Below, piece after piece: positions 21,517 to 30,543 of a stretch of 64,000 nucleotides of DNA. This DNA is from an uncultured Candidatus Saccharibacteria bacterium (GTDB lineage Bacteria; Patescibacteriota; Minisyncoccia; Minisyncoccales; RBG-13-42-11): positions 34,468 through 98,467 of the forward strand of contig CAYZSL010000001.1 of NCBI GenBank assembly GCA_964481125.1. The letters are read 5' to 3'. Every line of letters starts with the position of its first letter. The first letter of the stretch is position 1. Under the pieces are notes generated by a model, which saw nothing but the letters and a program-made list of their open reading frames with translations, had not been told where the DNA came from and did no database searches. The translations under genes and the position numbers were made by a program.

Positions 21517-22759
21517 AATTATTTAAAAATTTATCTAAGTCTTTGATTTTCATCAGCTTTGTTTCTTTTTTGTCCCTCAATTTTAATTCAACGGAATTCA
21601 CCTTCAATGTCCTTTCGCTGACAACGATTCTTAAAGGCAAACCGATCAAATCAGCATCAACAAACTTTTCGCCAGCGCTCTTGTCCTGCCTGTCGTCATA
21701 TAATACTTCAATCCCCTGTTTTTGGAAATCCTCATATAAACCAAAAGCTACTTTGTTAATTTTCTGGTTGTTTTCTACCTGAATCAGATGAACCAAGAAA
21801 GGAGCAACTTCTTTCGGCCAAATAATGCCTTTATCGTCATGATTAATTTCAACAATAGCTCCCATTAATCTGCTCAAACCTATTCCGTAGCAACCCATGA
21901 AAACAAGCTTTTCTTTTTTATCCTTTCCAACAAAATTAAGATTAAAAACCTTAGAAAATTTGTTTTTTAATTGAAAAATATTCCCTATCTCAATCGCTTT
22001 TTCAATTGATAAAGACTTATTGCCGCATTTCGGACATTTATTCTTTTCCTGCTTGATTATTTCCTTATTTACGGCCAATTTGCACTTTTTACAAAGATAA
22101 ATCTCGTCTTCACCAGAAGTAGTCAACGTTTGGAACTCATGGGAATATTTGGAGAAGGTACCGCCAGCAGCCAAGGTCAAAAATGTCTTGGTACTTAAAC
22201 CGCATTTATCAAATATATTAAAGTAAGCTTTTTTCATTTTCTCGTAATAACTATCGAGATCTTTTTCATCGGCGTGGAAAGAATATAAATCTTTCATTAA
22301 AAACTCCACTCCCCTTAAAAGACCTGATTTCACCCGCAATTCGTCACGGAACTTATCCTGAATCTGATAAGCATAAAAAGGCAGATCTTTGTACGAGTTA
22401 ATAAATTCTTTAACTAAGGGAGTAATGATTTCCTCGTGGGTCCAACCAAGCGAAAAGTCTTTATCTGAACGGTTTTTCAATTTAAACATTTCAGGATATT
22501 TCCATCTGCCTGTCGTTTCCCAATTCTTCTTAGAATGCAAAGCTGGCATTAGAATCTCCTGGCCTGCAACTGAATTCATTTCATTACGGATAATCTCTTC
22601 AATCTTTTTCTGAACCTTAAACCCCAAAGGTAAAAATGTATATACCCCCGCCATTAATTTACGAACAAAGCCACCTCTTGTCAAAAGCTTGGCATTAATG
22701 CTTTGTTCCTCTTTTGGCGCTTCCCTAATTGTTTTTGTGAAAAGTTGAGATTGTTTCAT
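21509..22759 (-). CDS. proS: prolyl-tRNA synthetase, bacterial type without INS editing domain
   Basis: MKQSQLFTKTIREAP start, FRDELRVKSGLLRGVEFLMKD, GCYGIGLSRL; CKKC...CPKC segment where INS normally sits; 416 aa. Confidence 0.88.
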   Translation of the reverse strand: MKQSQLFTKTIREAPKEEQSINAKLLTRGGFVRKLMAGVYTFLPLGFKVQKKIEEIIRNEMNSVAGQEILMPALHSKKNWETTGRWKYPEMFKLKNRSDKDFSLGWTHEEIITPLVKEFINSYKDLPFYAYQIQDKFRDELRVKSGLLRGVEFLMKDLYSFHADEKDLDSYYEKMKKAYFNIFDKCGLSTKTFLTLAAGGTFSKYSHEFQTLTTSGEDEIYLCKKCKLAVNKEIIKQEKNKCPKCGNKSLSIEKAIEIGNIFQLKNKFSKVFNLNFVGKDKKEKLVFMGCYGIGLSRLMGAIVEINHDDKGIIWPKEVAPFLVHLIQVENNQKINKVAFGLYEDFQKQGIEVLYDDRQDKSAGEKFVDADLIGLPLRIVVSERTLKVNSVELKLRDKKETKLMKIKDLDKFLNNYV

Positions 22760-22761
22760 AA

Positions 22762-23790
22762 TTAAAATAATCTAATAACATCTTTTATCGTTACGAAAAC
22801 CATTAATAAAAGCAATAAGCTGAAAAATACTGCGGTAATATTCTGTTCTATTTTTTGACTGACGGGTTTTTTTCTGACAGCCTCAATTACTAGAAATAAA
22901 AGTTTTCCTCCGTCAAGAGCGGGTATCGGCAGAATATTAAACACGGCCATATAAAGAGAAATCAGTGCTAAAAAAAGAAAAAAATAATGTCCACCTTCTT
23001 TCAAAGCATTAAAAAATAATTTAAAAATTCCGACCGGACCCATTACCTCAACCCCAGTTGGCTGTCGTTTAATTGCAGTGGAAATGGCATTTCCCCATCC
23101 GACAGGTATTTCGACAGTAAACTCACAAGTCCTTAAAAATCCTTTTAATGGAGCCTGATATAAGGGATAATTTCTTTCGATTGGCCCATAACCCAAACCG
23201 ACGCCTAACGCACCCTCGTTTTGAGGCGGAGAAACTCTTGGTATAACAGAAATATTTAATGTTTCTTTTCCCCTCTTAATATCTAGAATAATTTCATTGC
23301 CTTTATTGTTATTGATAATTTTTTGTGCATCGCTTATCCAAAAAATAGGATAATTTATATTACCAACGGTAATTTTTTCAATAACATCGGCTGTTTTTAG
23401 TCCGACGGCTTCCGCCGGAGAAGAAGTAGTAACACCAGAAACAGCTACCCCCATGGGAATGAAAGAAAAAATTATAAAAGAAACTATCCAAAATGAAACG
23501 ACTCCTCCAATAACAATAGCTATCCTTTGCAAAATTGGTTTTCTAAAAAAACTCCGGGGATCGTCCGAGTGCTCTATTTCTCCCGGCATTTTTACGAAAG
23601 CACCTAGGGGCAGAAGATTTAAAGAATAAATAGTATCGCCAATTTTTTTTCCGAATATCCTGGGAGGGAAACCTATGCCAAATTCTTCAACTTTTACTCC
23701 GAATTTTTTTGCCACGAAAAAATGGCCTAGTTCGTGAAGAACAATCAGTCCGATTAAGCTAAAGAAAACGATAAGAATTGTTAAAAACAT
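22762..23790 (-). CDS. rseP: RseP-type site-2 metalloprotease (M50) with PDZ
   Basis: HELGHFFVAKKFGV, NILPIPALDGG, multiple TM helices. Confidence 0.88.
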   Translation of the reverse strand: MFLTILIVFFSLIGLIVLHELGHFFVAKKFGVKVEEFGIGFPPRIFGKKIGDTIYSLNLLPLGAFVKMPGEIEHSDDPRSFFRKPILQRIAIVIGGVVSFWIVSFIIFSFIPMGVAVSGVTTSSPAEAVGLKTADVIEKITVGNINYPIFWISDAQKIINNNKGNEIILDIKRGKETLNISVIPRVSPPQNEGALGVGLGYGPIERNYPLYQAPLKGFLRTCEFTVEIPVGWGNAISTAIKRQPTGVEVMGPVGIFKLFFNALKEGGHYFFLFLALISLYMAVFNILPIPALDGGKLLFLVIEAVRKKPVSQKIEQNITAVFFSLLLLLMVFVTIKDVIRLF

Positions 23791-23791
23791 A

Positions 23792-24352
23792 TTATTCTGA
23801 TATTTCTTTTTTCTTATTCTCTCCCATCTCTTCTATCTTTTTATTGTAATCGTCAACCAGCTCCTGAAGTTCGTCTTTAGCCCGGAATTTGTCGTCTTCC
23901 CTGATTTCTCCCTGTTTTGTTTTGTCCTGGATTTCGCTCCAAACCTCTTCTCTCCATTTTCTAATAGTCCTTCTCGACTGTTCTTCTTTTTCCGCTATGG
24001 TCCTGGTCAAATTCTTCCTGTATTCTTCGTTTAAAGGCGGCAAATTAATCCTGACTGTGTCCTTATCAACAATTGGATTAGCGCCGATTCCCGTCTTTTC
24101 CAAAGCTGAAACAATACCTTCGATATAAGACTTATCCCAAGGCTGAATTAAAATCTGCTTTGCCTCAGGTGTAGAAATGGCAGCCAATTGTTTTAAAGGA
24201 AACTTCTGGCCGAAACAGTCAACAACAACATCCTCCACCAAAGAAGGCGTTGCCCTGCTAGTACGAATCTTATTCATTTCCTTTTCTAAAAAGCCGATTA
24301 CCTTATCCAGTTCCGGTTTAATATTTTGAATGATTGTTTTGTAGCTATCCAT
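23792..24352 (-). CDS. frr: ribosome recycling factor
   Basis: 186 aa, IRTSRATPSLVEDVVVDCFG, PPLNEEYRKNL typical RRF. Confidence 0.93.
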   Translation of the reverse strand: MDSYKTIIQNIKPELDKVIGFLEKEMNKIRTSRATPSLVEDVVVDCFGQKFPLKQLAAISTPEAKQILIQPWDKSYIEGIVSALEKTGIGANPIVDKDTVRINLPPLNEEYRKNLTRTIAEKEEQSRRTIRKWREEVWSEIQDKTKQGEIREDDKFRAKDELQELVDDYNKKIEEMGENKKKEISE

Positions 24353-24357
24353 AAAAA

Positions 24358-25248
24358 TTACATTTCCATTACCAGTCTTTCCAGAGCCAATCTGGCATTA
24401 ACATTGGTCTGGGCAAGCAGTAATTTTGTCGTTTGAATTAGATTAATAATATTTTTTAATTTATCAGTTGAATAGCTTTTAAAGCTAATATCGCAATTGC
24501 CAGAAGAAAAACGGGCAAGCAAAATATCCCTGAAATAATTAAGCCAGACATCCAGGGTTTTTTGCGTTTCTATCGGCTCTTCGCTCAAATCTTTGACATA
24601 CTGGAAGCGGGAATAAAGCATTGATTTTGAAAGATTTTTAACTTCTTCTATCTTTTTCTTGAACGCTCCAACCGCTTTTTTATCGGAAATGAAATCCATA
24701 ACTAGTCCCGGTTTTCCAGAAGAAATGGAAGAAAGCTCTTCTGCCTCTTTTTTCAAAAAACCCTTACCTAACAGATAGCGATTGATTTCTTCCTCTTTGA
24801 CCAGATTAAACTTTACAAGCTGAACGCGGGAAAGAATAGTCGGTAAAAGATAATGTATTTTGTCGCTGATTAAGATTAAAACGCTGTCGCCCCTCGGTTC
24901 TTCCAAGGTTTTCAAAAGCGCTGTCTGAGCTTCCTGATTCATTAAATGGGCATTGTCTATAACCGCTGCTTTCACCGAATTAAAAGAGCTTTTAAGCGAA
25001 AACCTGCGAATCAAATCCCTTATCTGAGAAATCTTTATCTCTTTTTCCTCGGGCGTAATAAAAACAAAGTCTGAATGATTACTGAAATCCTTACTGATTT
25101 TATCGCCAAAAAGCAGCGAAACCCATTGTAAAGCCAAAGTCCTTTTCCCTAATTTTTCAGAACCGGCAAATAAATAAGCGTGGGAAAAAGTCTTATTCTT
25201 AGCTATTTTTTTCAAAAGATTCCATTGTTTTTGGTGTCCGACCAGCAT
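24358..25248 (-). CDS. holB: DNA polymerase III delta-prime subunit
   Basis: HAYLFAGSEKLGKRT degenerate P-loop, ALLKTLEEP, SRVQLVKF clamp-loader motifs. Confidence 0.8.
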   Translation of the reverse strand: MLVGHQKQWNLLKKIAKNKTFSHAYLFAGSEKLGKRTLALQWVSLLFGDKISKDFSNHSDFVFITPEEKEIKISQIRDLIRRFSLKSSFNSVKAAVIDNAHLMNQEAQTALLKTLEEPRGDSVLILISDKIHYLLPTILSRVQLVKFNLVKEEEINRYLLGKGFLKKEAEELSSISSGKPGLVMDFISDKKAVGAFKKKIEEVKNLSKSMLYSRFQYVKDLSEEPIETQKTLDVWLNYFRDILLARFSSGNCDISFKSYSTDKLKNIINLIQTTKLLLAQTNVNARLALERLVMEM

Positions 25249-25251
25249 AGT

Positions 25252-26253
25252 TTATCTTTTATTCATTATGCTCTTTTTGTAAACATCAAGGTTTTCCAAA
25301 ACTACGCCCGTTCCTTTGGCCACGCAAAGCAAAGGGTCTTCAGCCAGGAAGCAAGGAACGCCTGTCTCCCGGGAAATCATTTCTGTAATGTTTCTTAATA
25401 ATGCGCCGCCACCAGAAACAATCATGCCCTTGTCAATTATGTCAGCCGATAATTCAGGCGGCGTATCCCTTAATACAGTTTTAATAACATGGATAATATC
25501 TCCCAAAATTTCAGAGATCGCTTCGGCAATTTCGTTGGAAGAAATTTTAACTGTTCGAGGCAAACCGGAAACCAAATCCCTGCCGCGAATTTCTATAAAT
25601 CTTGGCTCTTTTTCCGGTATGGCTGTACCTATTTTCATTTTAACCTCCTCTGCTGTCTGTTCTCCGATAGCTAAATTGTATTTTTTCTTTATATAATCTG
25701 AAATGGCAAAATCCATTTTGTCTCCGCCAATCCTGACAGAATTACAAGTAACTATTCCCCCCAAAGATATAACAGCTATTTCAGAAGTCCCGCCCCCAAT
25801 ATCAACAATCATATTACCAGAACAGGAATTAATCGGAATGCCAGCGCCAATGGCTGCTAAAATCGGCTCTTTTGCCAAATATGCCTGTTTGGCACCCGCA
25901 TTCAAAGCAGCCTCAATCACTGCTCTTTTCTCGGTTGAGGTAATGCCAGCTGGTACGCCTATCATTAATTCAGGTTTTAAGAAACGCCAAAAACCGCATA
26001 CTTTGTCAATAAAATGCCTTAGCATTGCCTGAGTCACCCTGAAATCAGCAATCACTCCGTCTTTTAAAGGACGATAAACCCTAATTGTGTCTGGAGTACG
26101 ACCGATCATTTCTTTTGCTTCTTCCCCGATTGCCAGAATTCTGTTCTCTTCTAAGGCGACAGCAACAACTGAAGGCTCTTGCAAAACCACTCCTTTGCCG
26201 GGAAGAAAAACCAAAGAATTGGCAGTACCCAAATCTATACCTATTTTTCTCAT
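25252..26253 (-). CDS. mreB: actin-like MreB (paralog 2)
   Basis: IGIDLGTANSLVFL, GRTPDTIRVYRPL, DIGGGTSEIAVISLGG. Confidence 0.9.
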   Translation of the reverse strand: MRKIGIDLGTANSLVFLPGKGVVLQEPSVVAVALEENRILAIGEEAKEMIGRTPDTIRVYRPLKDGVIADFRVTQAMLRHFIDKVCGFWRFLKPELMIGVPAGITSTEKRAVIEAALNAGAKQAYLAKEPILAAIGAGIPINSCSGNMIVDIGGGTSEIAVISLGGIVTCNSVRIGGDKMDFAISDYIKKKYNLAIGEQTAEEVKMKIGTAIPEKEPRFIEIRGRDLVSGLPRTVKISSNEIAEAISEILGDIIHVIKTVLRDTPPELSADIIDKGMIVSGGGALLRNITEMISRETGVPCFLAEDPLLCVAKGTGVVLENLDVYKKSIMNKR

Positions 26254-26283
26254 AAATATATTAACAATTAATTCAAATCTATC

Positions 26284-27480
26284 TTATCTTAATTCCCGTC
26301 TTTTGACAAATATACCAACTATCAAAACTACAATAACTACGAAAATCCCGCCGAAAATAAACACTAAATCATATCCGAAAAAACCAATAAGCAAGCCGGA
26401 AACCAAAGCTCCTAAAGCAACGCCTAGGGGAGCAAAAACAGTATCAATGGCACTGGCTTCTTCCGGCTCTGTCTTAAAGCTTCTGGAAACCAATCCTGAA
26501 CGGCCAGAATTGCAAATTAAAGCGCCGGCAGAACGCAAAACATTAATTAGCAAAACGCTGAAAAAATTCAAAAAACCACTAGCTAGACCAAAGATAATCG
26601 ACAATAGTCCAGCAATCAACCCGCCCCGAAAAATACTTGCTCTACTATTACTCTTTTCTAAATATTTAATAAGTAAGAAAGATAAAGGAAGAAATAAAAC
26701 TGAAAAAACTGAAATAAAAATCAGAATTAAATTCTGCGACCAGACCAATTGCTCTTTTAAAAATAAAACGAAGAAAGCATGGTAAAAACCGGCTAAAAGC
26801 AAAACGGAAAAAGAAATCAAAAGAAAAGGCAGAATACTTCTCTTTTTTAAAAGCTGAAAAATCTTTTGGTAGTTATTTTGGGAATCCCCAACCTTAAAAC
26901 CTGCATCCGTTAAAGTTCTTGCTGGCTTCCTTAGTTTAAAAAAACAAAAAAAGGCGGTAAAAAGATGAAGAACTATGCTTAAAATAAACACTCCGACAAA
27001 ATTAAACTGCCAGACAAAAAAAGCGCCGACAGCCGGAGCAATGGCATCAGCATAAAAAGGAGCAGAATAAAACCAACCGAAAGACCTGTCAGTATTCTCT
27101 AAAGGAAAACCCATCAAAATAGACCTAATTGAAACAAAAAACAAGGCAGCAGAAACCCCGAGTAAAACCTGCCAGAAATAAAACAAGGTATGATTTTGAA
27201 TTAAAATCATACCCAAAGCGTAAAGCGCATAACCTAAAATGCCAATGGCTGAAAGTATTGCCGGATTGATCTTGTGATTCAAAAAACCGGCAATCGGAGC
27301 GAATAAAGCAAGAGGCAAATAAATAAGCAAAAAAGCATAACCAACCTCAGGTAAAGACAAGCCACGAGCAACCAAAAACAAAGGGAAATACAAAGAAAAT
27401 GTTTTGTAGCCAAACAATAAAAAGAAATGGACTATGGTTGCATCCATGGTTATCTTTTCTATCTTGGGAATGAAAAACAT
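26284..27480 (-). CDS. MFS-type transporter
   Basis: ~12 predicted TM helices in two halves, loop RKPARTL; alternative start ATG 27447 (MDATIVHFF). Confidence 0.65.
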   Translation of the reverse strand: MFFIPKIEKITMDATIVHFFLLFGYKTFSLYFPLFLVARGLSLPEVGYAFLLIYLPLALFAPIAGFLNHKINPAILSAIGILGYALYALGMILIQNHTLFYFWQVLLGVSAALFFVSIRSILMGFPLENTDRSFGWFYSAPFYADAIAPAVGAFFVWQFNFVGVFILSIVLHLFTAFFCFFKLRKPARTLTDAGFKVGDSQNNYQKIFQLLKKRSILPFLLISFSVLLLAGFYHAFFVLFLKEQLVWSQNLILIFISVFSVLFLPLSFLLIKYLEKSNSRASIFRGGLIAGLLSIIFGLASGFLNFFSVLLINVLRSAGALICNSGRSGLVSRSFKTEPEEASAIDTVFAPLGVALGALVSGLLIGFFGYDLVFIFGGIFVVIVVLIVGIFVKRRELR

Positions 27481-27569
27481 ATTCAGTTATTCTAGCAACT
27501 TTAAAATAAAAATAAAATGCGCCAAACCATGCTCTTTTCAAAATGTCAAGATTGATATAGAATAATCAT

Positions 27570-28874
27570 ATGACCAAAAAGACAAAAACAATACTGTTTT
27601 TAACCTGTTTGCTTACGTTCATTCTATTGGCGCCCTCAATAGTCCTGTACTCCCAAGGATACAGAATTGATTTTAATCCTCCGGCTGGCGGAAAAATGAT
27701 CACCCAAACCGGAGGCCTTTTTTTCAAAGTCACGCCCAAACAAACAGATATTTATATTGACGGCAAACTTAAAAAAAGAACTGATTTTCTATTCGGTTCT
27801 GTTTTAATTGAAAACCTCGTTCCCGGAAAGTACAAAGTAGAAATCAAGAAAGCAACCAGCCAGGAAGAATACTATTCCTGGGAGAAAAACCTGGAAATAC
27901 GGGAAAAACAGGTAACTGAAGCTAAAAACGTTGTCCTTTTCCCCAAAAACGTTAATTTCAGCGTTTTATCAACCAATGTAGAACAGCTTTGGCTTTCTCC
28001 AGACCAAAAGAAACTGATATTAAAAGAAAACGAAAAAGCCAGCTGGTCCTTAAAGCTTTACGACCCGGAAAAGAATATAAAGAGCCATTTAATAAGCGAC
28101 GAGGATTTCTTCACGAAAGAACCCCAATTAATCAATCTGGAATTCTCGGGAGACTCAAGAAGTATTAATCTGAAAGTCAGCATAAAAGAAGCAATACAAT
28201 CTTTCTCTCTGCAACTTGACCAAGCAAAACCGACTTTAAATAAAAAAACAGCAGCCACAACGACAACTGGAAACGCTGCTATTTCGCAACAAGCAGGTAA
28301 TGACCTCTATTATTTGGACAGTTTCGGCTATCTTTTCAGGAATAAAGAAAAGCTGGCAGAAACTCCCTTTCAAACAAAACAAGAAACAGAATATGCTTTA
28401 GATATTTTCAACGGCAACATATTCTTAAAAGAAAACGACAAACTGTATAAATTCAATTATAATCTGAAAACATTTGAACATTTCTTTGACGGAATCAATG
28501 TCTTAAAGCTTTCTCCAGACAACAAGAAACTGCTTTACGCTTCAAACAATGAAATGTGGATTCTTTTCCTGGAAGACAAAATCGACCAGCCACAGAAAAA
28601 ATCAGGAGAGAAAGTCTTTTTAATCCGCTTATCAGACAAAATCACAAGCATCTCCTGGATAAACGACAATTACCTGGCTTTTCTTGCCGGGAATACCGTT
28701 AAAATCACTGAAATAGACGACAGGGACAAAATCAATATTATAGACATATTTGAAACAAAAAATCTCCCCCAAGAAGGAAGCATTAATGAAATGTTCTGGA
28801 ACAGGTTTAATAATAAAATCTATCTCTTGGACGAAAACGGCTATTTATACAGCTCTAACGTCCTGCTCCCGTAA
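27570..28874 (+). CDS. membrane-anchored protein with PEGA-like beta domain and repeat-rich C-terminal part
   Basis: N-terminal TM (ILFLTCLLTFILLAPSIVL), DIYIDGK...LVPGKYKVEIKK resembles a PEGA domain; rest unassigned. Confidence 0.7.
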   Translation: MTKKTKTILFLTCLLTFILLAPSIVLYSQGYRIDFNPPAGGKMITQTGGLFFKVTPKQTDIYIDGKLKKRTDFLFGSVLIENLVPGKYKVEIKKATSQEEYYSWEKNLEIREKQVTEAKNVVLFPKNVNFSVLSTNVEQLWLSPDQKKLILKENEKASWSLKLYDPEKNIKSHLISDEDFFTKEPQLINLEFSGDSRSINLKVSIKEAIQSFSLQLDQAKPTLNKKTAATTTTGNAAISQQAGNDLYYLDSFGYLFRNKEKLAETPFQTKQETEYALDIFNGNIFLKENDKLYKFNYNLKTFEHFFDGINVLKLSPDNKKLLYASNNEMWILFLEDKIDQPQKKSGEKVFLIRLSDKITSISWINDNYLAFLAGNTVKITEIDDRDKINIIDIFETKNLPQEGSINEMFWNRFNNKIYLLDENGYLYSSNVLLP

Positions 28875-29552
28875 TTTGATTTTCTTTTTAAAAGCTTCCC
28901 AGCCCATCTCTCCAGTATTGGCTATAACGCAAACTTCCTTGAACTGGCAATAGCGGCACTGCCAATTATCGGGGTAATCTAATAATCTGTCGGGAATAAC
29001 GTTTTTATCAATCTTCTTTCTGATACCAGCCAAAAAGTCCAAAAGAGAAAGGGCGCATTTTTTATCGTATTTCACCACAAAATCCTTTAGCTGCTGATTA
29101 TCTTTGTTAACGTAAAGCAGTATACCTTTAGGAATCTTAAAATAATGCAGATAAAGCTGAAGCTGAGCAATATTTTCCTCCTTTGGCTCAGTTAACTTAC
29201 CAAAAATCATACTGTTCATGCTTTTAATATCCAAAACATACAGATCCTTGCCATCGCTGATTATGGCATCAGCCCTACCTGAAATCAGTTCCTGAGGAGG
29301 AATATTCACTTCAGCAGCCACCACGTGTATTTCCCTGGTACTCAAAAGCGGCTTCATGATAAGCTGATGAATATGATCGCCGTGGTCAAACAACCTTAGA
29401 ATATTAGCCTCCATTTCTTTTCTGGGAACGTTTTTAAACTTAAAAAACAAAGCTCTGCCGCATTTGCCTGCGTCAGTAATGTAAAAGTGATGCTGCTCTT
29501 TATCTCTCTGTCTGTCCAGATAGAATTTATCGATAATATCTTTAAGGGACAT
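28845..29552 (-). CDS. Cas4/RecB-like PD-(D/E)XK nuclease with Fe-S cysteine set (solitary)
   Basis: N-terminal Cys (DAGKCGRAL), GRADAI...YVLDIKS (D...D-x-K), QLQLYL (QxxxY), C-terminal CRYCQFKEVC (CxxCx5C). Confidence 0.7.
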   Translation of the reverse strand: MSLKDIIDKFYLDRQRDKEQHHFYITDAGKCGRALFFKFKNVPRKEMEANILRLFDHGDHIHQLIMKPLLSTREIHVVAAEVNIPPQELISGRADAIISDGKDLYVLDIKSMNSMIFGKLTEPKEENIAQLQLYLHYFKIPKGILLYVNKDNQQLKDFVVKYDKKCALSLLDFLAGIRKKIDKNVIPDRLLDYPDNWQCRYCQFKEVCVIANTGEMGWEAFKKKIKLREQDVRAV

Positions 29553-29591
29553 AAATGTTTTATTATTTTCGACGCTGAGAAGCTTAACCCA

Positions 29592-29619
29592 TTGACAATA
29601 TTTATGGATATGCTATAAT
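29592..29619 (+). promoter_or_regulatory. strong consensus sigma-70 promoter with extended -10
   Basis: TTGACA (29592-29597) - 16 nt - TGc TATAAT (29611-29619) read directly. Confidence 0.65.
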
Positions 29620-29625
29620 CAAAAT

Positions 29626-29708
29626 AGAGGTCAGCGAGACTCTACTTTAGAGCAAACGGAAGGGACGAGTATTTTAATCAGGGCCCTTTCTACCTTTCTC
29701 GCTTTTTT
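29626..29708 (+). ncRNA. candidate small structured RNA (~83 nt), family unknown
   Basis: Begins ~7 nt after the -10; GCGAGA (29634-39) pairs with UCUCGC (29697-702) followed by U6 (29703-08); inner hairpins CUCUA-CUU-UAGAG and GGAAGGG/CCCUUUC; no plus-strand ORF downstream. Confidence 0.4.
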
Positions 29709-29715
29709 ATTTCCG

Positions 29716-30201
29716 TTATCTCTTCTGCCACTGAGGAGCACGACGAGCGCGTTTTAATCCAAACTTCTTTCTTTCCCTCATCCTCGGATCTCTTTTCAAA
29801 AAACCAGCTTTTTTCAACTGTTTCCTCAATTCTGGATCGAATAAAACTAAAGCGCGAGTTAAACCGTGTCTGACAGCTTCAGCCTGGGAAGTCGTCCCTC
29901 CCCCTTTAACCCTTACTGAAACCTGAAATTTGTCAGAATAATCAGTCAAACTCAAAGGAGACAGAATAATACGCTGAAGATATTTTGTCGGAAAATAATT
30001 TTCAGAAGTCCTTGTATTTATTAAAAAAGTCTTTTCTTTTTGAATAGAAATTCTTACTCTGGCTACAGCTGTCTTTCTCCTGCCTATACCCTCAAAGTAC
30101 TTAGCTATTTTAGGTTTAACTGTTACTTTAACAGTTTTTTTAACCGGAGCTTTTTTAACTTTCTTTACTGTTTCTTTTTTTGTTTTTTTAACCTTTGGCA
30201 T
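29716..30201 (-). CDS. rpsI: 30S ribosomal protein S9 with Lys-rich N-terminal extension
   Basis: GRRKTAVARVRI, C-terminal KKFGLKRARRAPQWQKR. Confidence 0.95.
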   Translation of the reverse strand: MPKVKKTKKETVKKVKKAPVKKTVKVTVKPKIAKYFEGIGRRKTAVARVRISIQKEKTFLINTRTSENYFPTKYLQRIILSPLSLTDYSDKFQVSVRVKGGGTTSQAEAVRHGLTRALVLFDPELRKQLKKAGFLKRDPRMRERKKFGLKRARRAPQWQKR

Positions 30202-30541
30202 ATTTTAATCTTTTAATCATTTTTGCTCTTAATTTGTTCTTGGGCAGCATGCCGAAAACCGCTTTCCTCAAAACTTCTTCCGGATTCTTCTCAAATAACT
30301 TCTCCAAAGTTATCTCCTTCAAGCTTCCCAGATATCCGGAATGGCGGTAGTATTTCTTCTGTTTGGCTTTTTTGCCGGTGAACTTCAACTTATCAACGTT
30401 TTGGACAATGACAACATCGCCAATATCTTTGTACGGCGCAAAGTCTACTTTCTGTTTCCCCCTCAAAAGCAAAGCTATTTCAACAGCCAGTCTGCCTAAA
30501 ACCTTATCAGTAGCATCTATTGTGTGGATTTTGCGTTCCAT
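30188..30541 (-). CDS. rplM: 50S ribosomal protein L13 (short form, 117 aa)
   Basis: IDATDKVLGRLAVEIALLLRGK, YYRHSGYLGSLKE, GMLPKNKL. Confidence 0.93.
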   Translation of the reverse strand: MERKIHTIDATDKVLGRLAVEIALLLRGKQKVDFAPYKDIGDVVIVQNVDKLKFTGKKAKQKKYYRHSGYLGSLKEITLEKLFEKNPEEVLRKAVFGMLPKNKLRAKMIKRLKYAKG

Positions 30542-30543
30542 AG

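Noticed and set aside
26087-26785. 232-aa plus-strand ORF antisense to the MFS transporter. Similar long antisense ORFs occur at 53938-54549, 45189-45710, 30524-31030 and 38728-39171.
   Set aside because: These are shadow ORFs opposite genes with clear family motifs. Their sequences are low-complexity (K/P/S/F-rich) with no start-site signals. Such ORFs are expected in AT-rich DNA where antisense frames are stop-poor.
29626-29708. Whether the 29.6-kb candidate RNA is the SRP (4.5S) RNA, given AGGUCAG near its 5' end and a GGAA motif
   Set aside because: The bases flanking GGAA (AAC / GGG) cannot form the closing helix of the SRP domain IV tetraloop. The conserved AGCA/GGAAGCAGC 3' side is absent.
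28845-29715. A CRISPR array or cas operon near the Cas4-like gene
   Set aside because: No direct-repeat/spacer pattern is visible anywhere in the window. The neighbouring genes are ribosomal or a PEGA-like protein.
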